Shown: one piece after another, positions 47,611 through 56,616 of the stretch
Layout of the letters: every line of letters starts with the position of its first letter
How positions within the stretch are numbered: the first letter of the stretch is position 1
The notes under the pieces: model-generated
Databases searched by the model: none
What the model saw: the letters and a program-made list of their open reading frames with translations, nothing else
Told to the model about the DNA's origin: nothing
DNA from: an uncultured Candidatus Binatia bacterium
GTDB lineage: Bacteria > Desulfobacterota > Binatia > UBA9968 > JAJDTQ01
Direction: 5' to 3'
DNA: 64,000 bases
Assembly (NCBI GenBank): GCA_965213675.1
Contig: OZ243916.1
Coordinates: 1,856,001 to 1,920,000, forward strand
Translations under genes and position numbers: made by a program

Positions 47611-49665
47611 ATGGAACGCTTCCTCAATCCACCCACGGCCAAGATTTCTCCCAAAAGGCTCGAGCATCACGGTCACGTGCGCATCGATGACTATTACTGG
47701 CTGAGGGAACGCGAGAACCCCGACACGGTGGCCTACCTGGAAGCGGAAAACGCCCACACCGCGGCGGCCATGGCCCACGTTCAGGAGCTCGAGGAGGCGC
47801 TGTTCGAAGAGATCAAGGGGCGCATCAAGCAGACGGACATGTCGGTGCCCTACCGGCGGGACGACTACTATTACTACACCCGTTTCCAGGAGGGCCAGGA
47901 GTATCCGCTGTATGCGCGCAAGCGCGAGTCCCTGGACAATCCGGAAGAGATGATGCTCGACGTGAATGTCCTCGCCGAGGGCCACGAGTTCTACTCGGTG
48001 GGGAGGATCGCGGTGAGCTTCGGCCAGGGTCTGCTGGCGTACACCGAGGACACCCAGGGGCGGCGCATCTACACCGTCCGATTCAAGGATCTCGCCACCG
48101 GCGCGACCCTTTCCGACGTCATTCCCGAGGTGACCAGCAACATCACCTGGGCAAACGACGACCGAACCCTGTTCTACGCCAAGCAGGACCCCGAGACCCT
48201 GCGCTCCTGCCGCATCTACCGCCACGCGCTGGGAACCGACCCGGATGACGACGTGCTCGTTTACGAAGAAACCGACGACACCTTCTCGGCCCACGTGTTC
48301 AAGACCAAGTCCAAGCGCTACCTGATGATCGTATCCGCGCAGACCCTGAGCAACGAGTACCGCTACCTCGACGCCAGCGACCCCACCGGCGCGTTCACCG
48401 TATTCCTGCCGCGGGAGCGGGGACACGAACACGCCGTGGACCATTTCGAGGACCGCTTCTTCATCCACACCAATCACGAAGCCCGCAATTTCCGGCTCGT
48501 GTCCACGCCCTTGGACCACACCGGCAAGGACCATTGGAAGGAAGTCATTCCGCACCGGCCCGACGTGTTGCTGGAGGGCTTCGAGGTGTTCCAGGACCAC
48601 TTGGTGCTGGAGGAACGCCACGACGGGCTCATGCGCATCCGCATCATCCCGTGGGACGGCTCGGAGGAGCACTACCTGGAGTTCGGCGAGCCCGCCTATG
48701 CCGCGGGCACAAGCGTCAACCCGGAGTTCGACACCACGGTACTGCGCTACGGCTACACCTCCATGACTACGCCCAGTTCCATCTACGACTACGACATGGT
48801 GACGCGGGAGAAGACCCTGCTCAAGCAAGAGGAGGTCCTGGGCGGTTTCGACAGCGGGCAATACCGCACCGAGCGGCTTCACGCCGCCGCCGCGGACGGC
48901 GCCCGGGTGCCCATTTCGCTGGTGTACCGGAAGGGGACGGCGCGCGACGGCCGCGCGCCGCTGCTGCTCTACGGCTACGGCTCCTACGGCCACAGCATGG
49001 ACGCCGGCTTCGGCTCGGCGCGCCTGAGCCTGCTCGACCGTGGCTTCGTCTTCGCCATCGCGCACATCCGCGGCGGCGAAGAGATGGGGCGGGCGTGGTA
49101 CGAGGACGGCAGGCTGCTCCGGAAGAAGAACACCTTCACGGACTTCGTCGCGTGCGCCGAGCATCTGATCGCGGAGGGCTATACCTCGCGGGAGCGGCTG
49201 TTCGCCATGGGTGGAAGCGCCGGCGGCCTGCTGATGGGGGCGGTGGTGAACCTGCGGCCGGACCTGTTCCAGGGCGTGGTGGCGCAGGTGCCGTTCGTGG
49301 ATGTGGTCACCACCATGCTGGACCCCGACATTCCTCTCACCACCGGCGAGTACGACGAGTGGGGCAACCCCAACGACAAGGAATTCTACAACTACATACT
49401 GTCGTACTCACCCTACGACAACGTCGCGGCCCGGGACTACCCCCACATGCTCGTGACCACCGGACTGCACGACTCTCAGGTGCAGTACTGGGAGCCTGCC
49501 AAATGGGTGGCCAAGCTGCGCGCGGTCAAGACCGACCCCAACCGCCTGTTGCTCAAAACCAACATGGAAGCCGGGCACGGCGGTGCGTCCGGGCGCTTCA
49601 AGCGCTATCGCGAGATCGCCCTGGAATACGCATTTCTGCTGGACTTGGCGGGAATCCGCGAATAA
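47611..49665 (+). CDS. ptrB: Oligopeptidase B (S9A peptidase)
   Basis: RIDDYYWLR, YGYGSYG, GGSAGG nucleophile, DSQVQYWEPAKW and AGHGG. Confidence 0.93.
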   Translation: MERFLNPPTAKISPKRLEHHGHVRIDDYYWLRERENPDTVAYLEAENAHTAAAMAHVQELEEALFEEIKGRIKQTDMSVPYRRDDYYYYTRFQEGQEYPLYARKRESLDNPEEMMLDVNVLAEGHEFYSVGRIAVSFGQGLLAYTEDTQGRRIYTVRFKDLATGATLSDVIPEVTSNITWANDDRTLFYAKQDPETLRSCRIYRHALGTDPDDDVLVYEETDDTFSAHVFKTKSKRYLMIVSAQTLSNEYRYLDASDPTGAFTVFLPRERGHEHAVDHFEDRFFIHTNHEARNFRLVSTPLDHTGKDHWKEVIPHRPDVLLEGFEVFQDHLVLEERHDGLMRIRIIPWDGSEEHYLEFGEPAYAAGTSVNPEFDTTVLRYGYTSMTTPSSIYDYDMVTREKTLLKQEEVLGGFDSGQYRTERLHAAAADGARVPISLVYRKGTARDGRAPLLLYGYGSYGHSMDAGFGSARLSLLDRGFVFAIAHIRGGEEMGRAWYEDGRLLRKKNTFTDFVACAEHLIAEGYTSRERLFAMGGSAGGLLMGAVVNLRPDLFQGVVAQVPFVDVVTTMLDPDIPLTTGEYDEWGNPNDKEFYNYILSYSPYDNVAARDYPHMLVTTGLHDSQVQYWEPAKWVAKLRAVKTDPNRLLLKTNMEAGHGGASGRFKRYREIALEYAFLLDLAGIRE

Positions 49666-49789
49666 GGGTTGGCGCGCGCGCTCGTCCTGTCCAGGCAGCG
49701 GACAGATACCGTCCGCTGCCGTCACGTCGCCCTGTTCGTCATCCTGCGCCCACCGGACCCGCGCCCGCCACGGAGAGAATCCTTCCGGG

Positions 49790-50737
49790 CTACTTGTCCT
49801 CGTCGTCCTCGTCCATGGACATGGCGCGCAGGTGCTTGTCGATGGTGGTGTAGCCCTTCCACTGATCCACCAGCCAGTAGCGGATGCCGAACTCGAAGCG
49901 GAGCTCACGGGTCTCGCCATCGCTGGGGTTGAAGTGCTGGTGGTGCATCATGCCGGGCGGCACGTGCACGGCGTCGCCCTGCTCCCAGTTGTACTGCTTG
50001 CCGCCGATCTCCGAGTAGCCCGCCCCTTTGAGCGCGTAGAGGTATGCCTCGGGGTGCGCGTGGCTGTGGCTCTTGGAGCGCGGCAACTCAACGAAGATGG
50101 AACTGATGGCCGCGGCCGTGGCCTTGAAACCATTGCGGCTGCCGCTGCGGCCCATGAGGAAGTAGGTGGCGCCGTGCTTGGACTCGGCCGAAAGCTCGTG
50201 CTGGTCCTGGTGCATGGAGATACGCCGGCCGTCTTCCGGCCAGTCCTGCGACTCTTCCGGTCCGATGGCGGTCAGCGCCTCCGGATCGTTGGCGCCGCAG
50301 TCCTCGAACTGATCCATGCGGCCCATGTACATCGAGGCCTCCAGGTGCCAGGCCAGCCCGGAGATGTAGCCCACCGGCACGTCGCCGGTGTTGAACAACT
50401 GGTGCTCGGACCGATAGGGCACGTGCAGGACCGTGCCCGGCCCGAAGTCGTAGCGCTTGCCGTCCAGCACCATGAAGCCCGTGCCGCTTTCCACGTAGAT
50501 GGCTTCCTCGCCGTGGCTGTGACGCCCGGTGTGCCAACCCACGGGAATCTCCGCCCGCATCATCATGCTCCCGCCGGTGGGAAAGCCTCGCTCGGGCGCG
50601 ATCATCAACGCCGCCCTGGCGTCCTGTCGCGTCTGGACCCAATCCAGTTCGGTGTGGCGCGCCACCCGCGGCGCGTTTTCGACAAACTGCTCGTTCCGAT
50701 CCGTGGTGTTCAGCCATTCGCTGTAAAAGTCGCTCAT
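49790..50737 (-). CDS. Bicupin protein (two cupin domains)
   Basis: HTGRHSHGEEA...EHQLFN and SHSHAHPEA...HHQHFN; GGGAGG RBS. Confidence 0.8.
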   Translation of the reverse strand: MSDFYSEWLNTTDRNEQFVENAPRVARHTELDWVQTRQDARAALMIAPERGFPTGGSMMMRAEIPVGWHTGRHSHGEEAIYVESGTGFMVLDGKRYDFGPGTVLHVPYRSEHQLFNTGDVPVGYISGLAWHLEASMYMGRMDQFEDCGANDPEALTAIGPEESQDWPEDGRRISMHQDQHELSAESKHGATYFLMGRSGSRNGFKATAAAISSIFVELPRSKSHSHAHPEAYLYALKGAGYSEIGGKQYNWEQGDAVHVPPGMMHHQHFNPSDGETRELRFEFGIRYWLVDQWKGYTTIDKHLRAMSMDEDDEDK

Positions 50738-50797
50738 GAATTCCTCCCTGGGCCACGCTGGGCTGACGGCCCGCGCAAAGCCATGTTTCAGCATTTC

Positions 50798-50861
50798 CTG
50801 GTGTCGTATCCCGTAAACATACCGGCAAATTATCGCAGTAATTTGCGGGACACGACACTAG
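50798..50861. mobile_element. Internally deleted MITE (family A)
   Basis: GTGTCGTATCCCGTAAA...TTTGCGGGACACGACACTAG; right end nearly identical to the 54898-55061 element. Confidence 0.7.
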
Positions 50862-51024
50862 GGGCCTGTCGGGTTTATCAAGAATCTGCTGCGAGGCAGG
50901 GGAATGGGTCCATTGCCGGTTGGATTTTCGTCCAATATTACCAATCTTGTCCTCAAATCCGCCCGAAACTGGCCTCCATCCCTCTGCCTCTCGCTACGAT
51001 TCGACAAACCCGACAGGCTCCTAG
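50858..51024. mobile_element. MITE (family B) with CTAG-bounded terminal inverted repeats
   Basis: CTAGGGGCCTGTCGGGTTT ... AAACCCGACAGGCTCCTAG (19 bp, one mismatch); non-coding interior with further self-complementarity. Confidence 0.8.
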
Positions 51025-51368
51025 ACTCAGACACTTAGACAAAATCCCGGCACGCCACAAGAACGCACAGCGCGGGAATGACAGAAGGGGGCATCCGGGA
51101 CTGACGCAAAGGACACCGGACTTCCGCATGCACCTGCAAGAACGCACCCGCGGAATGATCCGGGTTTCAGCGCCGGAGCCATCCTGGAGGGGCGGCCGTG
51201 TCGCAAACACCAGACCGTTGACGCGGCGCGTTGACATGGCGGAGGATACCAAATACGTCTGTATCAATCGGTCGTCCTGTTTCAAACGGCCTGCGTCGGG
51301 CCTCATGCCGGGGAGCGCATCCCTGGCCACGGCGGAGGTCAAAGCGGGCGTAAGGGTGTGCCGACGCC

Positions 51369-52403
51369 ATGGACAACTCCGGGACTATTTCTTCACCAAT
51401 TGAGGACAATCGCCTCACCGATGCGGGCGGACCGTCAAGGCAGTACGCGTATCGCGAGGCGTTGCGTCCTTGGCTGCTGGGGCGGGTCGCCATCATGATG
51501 ACCGTCTATCTCGGGGCTTACCTGACCCTCTGTCCCGTGGGGGCCCGTGAGGCCCCTTGGGTCCAGCGCTTGGCGTTTACCGGCTTCGGCGCCGCGCTGT
51601 GCGTGTTCATGTGCCACGCCGAGTACGTGGTGACACTCTATCTCACGCGCAGGCGATCCCCGCTGCACGTGGCGCTGGCGGTCGCTGGAGCCGCCCTCCT
51701 GACCACCCCAGCCTCCACCGCCATCATCTATGGCGTGGACACGGTTTCGTTCAGGCAGCTTTCCGAATTCCACCTGACCACGGTTTACGCTTCCGTGTTG
51801 TTCTCGACCCTGTTGTGCAGCGCCATGGTCCACTGCCTGTTGACCCGACGCCTCAAGCGTGTGCCCGTGAAGCCCAACGGCCTGGAGCAAATCGAGACGG
51901 CGACTGCGGAGGCCGCGGGAGATTCGGAAGCCGCGGCAGAGGCGAAGGTCCAGGAAACGGCGGCGGGATCGTTGGATGACTCCCCGGCCCGCGGCGCCCT
52001 CGAAACCGAACGGACTAAGCCCCAACCCGCACCGGCGCACTCCGCCACCGCCCCTGCCGGCGCCGCATCGGCCCTGGCTGATCGCTTGCCCGCCGAGATC
52101 GGCCAGGACGTCATCCACCTCACGATGAACGACCACTACGTGACCGTCGTCACCACCTCGGGTCGCTGCGAGCTTCTCATGCGTTTCACGGACGCCGTCG
52201 AAGAGCTCGGGAGCCGGGGCATGCGCGTGCATCGTTCGCACTGGATCGCCTTTGACCACGTGGAGGGCTGGGGCAAACGCGATCAGCGCCCCGTCCTGCG
52301 CCTCACCGGCGGCCACACGATCCCGGTAAGCCGAAGCTACCTCGCCCAAGCCCGCGCCGCGGTGGCCGCACACCAGATCTCGAGTGCGGACGACAAGTGC
52401 TAG
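51369..52403 (+). CDS. Membrane-anchored LytTR-family transcriptional regulator
   Basis: About four N-terminal hydrophobic segments, an Ala/Pro-rich linker and C-terminal LytTR (DHYVTV..GMRVHRSHW..IPVSRSY). Confidence 0.8.
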   Translation: MDNSGTISSPIEDNRLTDAGGPSRQYAYREALRPWLLGRVAIMMTVYLGAYLTLCPVGAREAPWVQRLAFTGFGAALCVFMCHAEYVVTLYLTRRRSPLHVALAVAGAALLTTPASTAIIYGVDTVSFRQLSEFHLTTVYASVLFSTLLCSAMVHCLLTRRLKRVPVKPNGLEQIETATAEAAGDSEAAAEAKVQETAAGSLDDSPARGALETERTKPQPAPAHSATAPAGAASALADRLPAEIGQDVIHLTMNDHYVTVVTTSGRCELLMRFTDAVEELGSRGMRVHRSHWIAFDHVEGWGKRDQRPVLRLTGGHTIPVSRSYLAQARAAVAAHQISSADDKC

Positions 52404-52517
52404 TGTGGTGTCTGCGCCACGTGGGCGAACGCCGGTCGGCCCTGCCAGTTTCTGTTGGTGCTTGGCGCAGCGGTTTCTGTTCGTGCTTGACCGTGACGCC
52501 AGCCCGGCTCCGCGCGC

Positions 52518-52550
52518 TTGACAGACTTCGTTACCGCCGACTATCTATAT
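52518..52550 (+). promoter_or_regulatory. Putative sigma70 promoter of the LLM operon
   Basis: TTGACA followed 17-18 nt later by AT-rich CTATCTATAT. Confidence 0.35.
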
Positions 52551-52680
52551 CAGGCTGTATCAAGCCTTGAACGACGCTCGGGAAACCCCGCGACTCGACG
52601 GATCATGGAACGGTCCCGCGGTGCCGCCCCGGCTGCTGCCAAGTCATCTTACCATCAGTGACCGCAAGGAGGTTTTGCGC

Positions 52681-53670
52681 ATGGCGACCCAATTGAAGTT
52701 CGGACTGCTGTTGCCCCATTTCGGAGATCAAGGATCTGTGGAGAAGTGCATCGAGGGATCGAAACTGGCCGAGTCGCTGGGTTTCGACTCCGTCTGGGTC
52801 CGCGACCACCTGGTCTTCGAGCCCCACGGCATGGAGGGCACGGACAACACGCACATCGAGTGCGTCGCCATCCTGTCGGCGATCTCGTCGGTGTGCAAGA
52901 AACTCACCCTGGGCACGGGCACGATGATCTCGCACAGACATCCGATTCACCTGGCCCAGTGCATGGCGGCCCTGAGCGTCCTGTCTGAAGGCAAGGTCAT
53001 CATGGGCATCGGCGCGGGTACGTTCCAGCACGAATTTGCCGCGGCCGGGCTGAAGAACACTCGGGAGGACCGTTTCAACCTCGCCAAGGTCAACTCCAAC
53101 CTCGTGCGGCGCCTGTGGAGCGGTGAGACGGTCGACTATGAGGACGACTACTTCTCCTTCAAGGATGTCCAACTCAAGCCCACGCCCTTGGCGCCCATTC
53201 CCATCTGGTATGGCGGCGGTACCCCGGCATCGTGCCGGCGCGCGGTGGACTACTGCGACGGCTGGATGCCCGGACGCATCCCGCTGCGCACTTTCCACAA
53301 GTGCATCAAGTACCTGCACGACCTGTGCGACAAGGCCGGCAAGCCCATGGTCACCACCGGCGCCATCCCCATCACCAGCATCGCCAGGGACAAGGACACC
53401 GCCGTGAGCAAGGTCAACGCGCCAGGTCTCATCAACGAGGGCAACAAGAAGCCGACCTGGGTGAAGCCCGAGTCCGGCACCTTCTCGAAGCTCGAAGACA
53501 TCGAGGGACTCTTGCTGGCGGGCACACCGGAAGACATCGTCCGGGACACCCAGCGCTACGAAGAGGGCGGCCTCAACCACATCGTCTATGACCTCCGGTT
53601 CCGTTACGCGGACTGGTACGAGCAAATCGAACTGCTGGGCAAAGAAGTCCTGCCGGCGGTGCGCGCCTAG
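52681..53670 (+). CDS. LLM-class (luciferase-like) flavin-dependent oxidoreductase
   Basis: KFGLLLP, AESLGFDSVWVRDH, PIWYGG and DGWMP; AAGGAGG RBS. Confidence 0.9.
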   Translation: MATQLKFGLLLPHFGDQGSVEKCIEGSKLAESLGFDSVWVRDHLVFEPHGMEGTDNTHIECVAILSAISSVCKKLTLGTGTMISHRHPIHLAQCMAALSVLSEGKVIMGIGAGTFQHEFAAAGLKNTREDRFNLAKVNSNLVRRLWSGETVDYEDDYFSFKDVQLKPTPLAPIPIWYGGGTPASCRRAVDYCDGWMPGRIPLRTFHKCIKYLHDLCDKAGKPMVTTGAIPITSIARDKDTAVSKVNAPGLINEGNKKPTWVKPESGTFSKLEDIEGLLLAGTPEDIVRDTQRYEEGGLNHIVYDLRFRYADWYEQIELLGKEVLPAVRA

Positions 53671-53763
53671 GAGCCTGCGGCGCGGGCGGGTTGGAACACC
53701 GCCCACGCAAGCGCCACCCTGCGCAATAGGGTGGCCGGAGGCCGGGCAACAACACCGGCGGCA

Positions 53764-53822
53764 AGTGTCGTGTCCCGTAGATTCCTGCGCAACTTGTCGC
53801 GGGAACTCGCAGCACGCGACAC
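53764..53822. mobile_element. Degenerate MITE (family A) remnant
   Basis: AGTGTCGTGTCCCGTAG...CACGCGACAC; its interior matches the reverse complement of 54918-54939. Confidence 0.6.
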
Positions 53823-53856
53823 GGTCTTCTTGGGACTGGTTTTGGGGGAGAGCCAC

Positions 53857-54771
53857 ATGCGAACAGAGGACATCACTTTCTTCAGCGAAGGCTACAAGGT
53901 CCACGGCACCATCTACCTGCCGGACGACGATCAGGGACAGCCCTGGCCGGGCATCGTCCAAGGCCCCGGGTTCCTGGGCCTCAAGGACGCCAAGCACTAC
54001 ATCCTGATGTTCGAGCGGTTGTGCGCGGCGGGTTACGCGTGCCTGTGCTTCGACTATCGTGGCTGGGGGCAGAGCGAAGGTCCGCAGAAGGGCTGGGTCA
54101 TGCCCACCTGGCAAGCGGAGGACATCCGCAATGCCATTACCTACATGGAGACCCGCGACGACGTGGACTCCGACCGCATCGCCACCTACGGTTCGGGCGG
54201 CACCGGCGGCGGCAACGCCGTTCTGGTGGGCGCCACCGACAGCCGGGTCAAATGCGTGGTCTGCTACCTCGGCGTGTGCAGCGGCCGCGACTGGCTTCAT
54301 TCCATGCGCCGGGAATACGAGTGGATCGACTACCTCAAGCGCATCGAGGAGGATCGCCGGGTGCGGGTGCGCAACGGCGCCGGCGAACTGGTGGCGGCGC
54401 GCGAGGAGATCATGGTCCAGACCCCGGAGCGCAAGACCACCAACATCAAGAAGGAAGTCGCGTCCAAGATTCCCAACCAGATGCCGCTCCAGTGCGCCGA
54501 TGCCATCCTGGACTACTGCCCGGAGGACGTCGTGCACAAGATCTCGCCGCGGGGCGTGCTGTTCATCGCCGTGGAGAACGACGCCACCACGCCCGAAGAA
54601 CATTCCATCCGCATGTACGAGAAAGCGGGCGAGCCCAAAAAGCTCGTCATGCTGAAAAAGACTACCCACTACGGCGTCTACAACGACTATTTCGACCAGA
54701 TCGCCGGCGAGGTGGTGGACTGGTACAACCGCCACTTGAAATACGACCGCATCGGCATTACCGAGCCCTAG
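53857..54771 (+). CDS. Alpha/beta-hydrolase fold protein with atypical nucleophile elbow
   Basis: FDYRGWGQSEG, DIRNAITY..DSDRIATYGSGGTGGG, ENDATT and THYGVY. Confidence 0.8.
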   Translation: MRTEDITFFSEGYKVHGTIYLPDDDQGQPWPGIVQGPGFLGLKDAKHYILMFERLCAAGYACLCFDYRGWGQSEGPQKGWVMPTWQAEDIRNAITYMETRDDVDSDRIATYGSGGTGGGNAVLVGATDSRVKCVVCYLGVCSGRDWLHSMRREYEWIDYLKRIEEDRRVRVRNGAGELVAAREEIMVQTPERKTTNIKKEVASKIPNQMPLQCADAILDYCPEDVVHKISPRGVLFIAVENDATTPEEHSIRMYEKAGEPKKLVMLKKTTHYGVYNDYFDQIAGEVVDWYNRHLKYDRIGITEP

Positions 54772-54795
54772 CGTCGCGGGCATGGAAGAGCGTTC

Positions 54796-54889
54796 CATTC
54801 CCGCGAAAGCTTGCCCTCGACCCCGATCGGGGGCGGGAATCCAGGCGGGGTGGGGCAGAGAATCACACCCGCTTGAGCGTGAATGACGG
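54796..54889. repeat. REP-like composite palindrome
   Basis: CATTCCCGCGAAAGC-TTGCCCTCGACCCCGATCGGGG-GCGGGAATCC ... GAATGACGG. Confidence 0.7.
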
Positions 54890-54897
54890 AGGCGGCC

Positions 54898-55061
54898 AGT
54901 GTCGCGTCCCGCAAATACCTGCGATAAGTTGCGCAGGATTTTTTGCTGTCGGCAAGGCGCGATGACGAGCAGTGGCGGACACCACGCGAGGAAGAGCAAC
55001 GCAGCCGACGGCAACAAAAGACCAGCAAATTATCGCAGGTATTTGCGGGACGCGACACTAG
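54898..55061. mobile_element. MITE (family A), apparently full length, with 30-bp perfect terminal inverted repeats
   Basis: AGTGTCGCGTCCCGCAAATACCTGCGATAA (54898-54927) and TTATCGCAGGTATTTGCGGGACGCGACACT (55030-55059), ending in CTAG; no transposase. Confidence 0.88.
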
Positions 55062-55100
55062 GGAACAGCATCACGGTCACGTTGGTTTGAGGAGCTAACC

Positions 55101-56123
55101 ATGGGTAAATTCGAATTCGGCATCCGGGTGCCCAACTCGGGGCCGCTCTCCAGCAAGGAGAACATCGTCAAGGCCGCGCAGAACTCGGAGGAGTTGGGCT
55201 TCGACACCATCTGGCTCCACGACCACGTGGTGTGGAGCTCGGAGATGCACCGGCACCACATCTCGTCCGGGGCCGCAGAGGCCCTCACGGACGCCCAGGA
55301 GGCCAACTTCTTCGAATGCATGACCACCATGTCCTACTTGGCGGCCAAGACGAAGAACATCCAGATCGGCGTGGCCTGTCTGGTAATGCCCCTGCGCAAC
55401 CCCATCTACGCGGCCAAGCAGTGCGCCACCCTGGACCACCTGTGCGACGGGAGGCTCCTGGTGGGCGTCGGCTTGGGTTCCAAGGCCACCCGCGACTCCA
55501 GCGAGTTCGATGTGTTCGAGGTGCCCATCAAGGGGCGGGGCAACCGCACCGACGAGTACATCGAAGCCATGAAGGCGATCTGGACCCAACCCATGGCCTC
55601 GTACGAGGGCAAGTACCTCAAGTTCGAGAACGCCGAGATCCATCCCAAGCCGCTCCAGAAGCCGTTTCCGCCGGTGTGGGTGGGCGGCTGGATGGATCAG
55701 GCCGCGGTGCGGGCCGGGCGCTACGGTGAGGGCTGGATCCCTGGATGGTTGTCGCCCAAAGAGATGGCGCGAGGCTGCGACATTCTCAACAAGGCGGCCG
55801 AGGACGCCGGCCGGGACCCTGCGGGGATCAAGATCGCGGTGGAGAAACTGGCCTGCATCGCGCGCACCCGGGACGAGGCCATGACCTTGGCCCTGCCCAC
55901 CATCCGCGAAAGCTCCCACACCTACGAGCGCGATGTGGACAACATTCAGTTCGCCCTGGACCGGCACATCATCGGTTCGGTGGACGATGTGCGCCGGCGT
56001 ATCGACGAGTTCATCGAGGCCGGCGTGCAGCACTTCGAGTTGAAGCTCATCTACCCGGACATGGATACCATGTACAAGGAAATGCTGCTCTGGTCCGAGG
56101 AGATCATCCCGCATTATGTCTAG
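55101..56123 (+). CDS. LLM-class flavin-dependent oxidoreductase
   Basis: FGIRVPN, LGFDTIWLHDH, RNPIYAAKQCATLD and PKPLQKPFPPVWVGG. Confidence 0.9.
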   Translation: MGKFEFGIRVPNSGPLSSKENIVKAAQNSEELGFDTIWLHDHVVWSSEMHRHHISSGAAEALTDAQEANFFECMTTMSYLAAKTKNIQIGVACLVMPLRNPIYAAKQCATLDHLCDGRLLVGVGLGSKATRDSSEFDVFEVPIKGRGNRTDEYIEAMKAIWTQPMASYEGKYLKFENAEIHPKPLQKPFPPVWVGGWMDQAAVRAGRYGEGWIPGWLSPKEMARGCDILNKAAEDAGRDPAGIKIAVEKLACIARTRDEAMTLALPTIRESSHTYERDVDNIQFALDRHIIGSVDDVRRRIDEFIEAGVQHFELKLIYPDMDTMYKEMLLWSEEIIPHYV

Positions 56124-56616
56124 GAACAGATCCGCCCTGGTGGAGTTGCGGTTCGAACTCAACGGCAAGGACGTGGCCGTGGAGTGCGAGCCGCAGCAGA
56201 CCCTTTCGGAGGTGTTGCGGAACCGCCTGAATCTCACCGGCGCCAAGATCTCGTGCGAGGTGCAGGTGTGCGGCGCCTGCACGGTGCTGGTGGACGGCCT
56301 GCCGGTGAGCTCCTGCACCTACCTGGCTTACGAGGCCCAAGGGCGTGCCGTCACCACCATCGAGGGGCTCGAGGACCGTGACCGCACGCTGCATCCCATC
56401 CAGCAGTGCTTCATCGACGAGTTCGCGTTCCAATGCGGCTTTTGCACGCCGGGCATGATCCTGTCCGCCAAGGCGCTGCTGGACGACAACCCCGATCCCA
56501 CCGACGACGAGATCATTCACCACATGGACGGCAACCTCTGCCGCTGCACCGGATACGTGCCCATCGTGAAGGCCATCCGCAAGGCGGCGGCGGTGATGAA
56601 GGAGGCGCGCGGATGA
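56116..56616 (+). CDS. Molybdenum hydroxylase small (2Fe-2S) subunit, CoxS/CutS-like
   Basis: SCEVQVCGACTV, QCGFCTPG and GNLCRCTGY. Confidence 0.92.
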   Translation: MSRNRSALVELRFELNGKDVAVECEPQQTLSEVLRNRLNLTGAKISCEVQVCGACTVLVDGLPVSSCTYLAYEAQGRAVTTIEGLEDRDRTLHPIQQCFIDEFAFQCGFCTPGMILSAKALLDDNPDPTDDEIIHHMDGNLCRCTGYVPIVKAIRKAAAVMKEARG

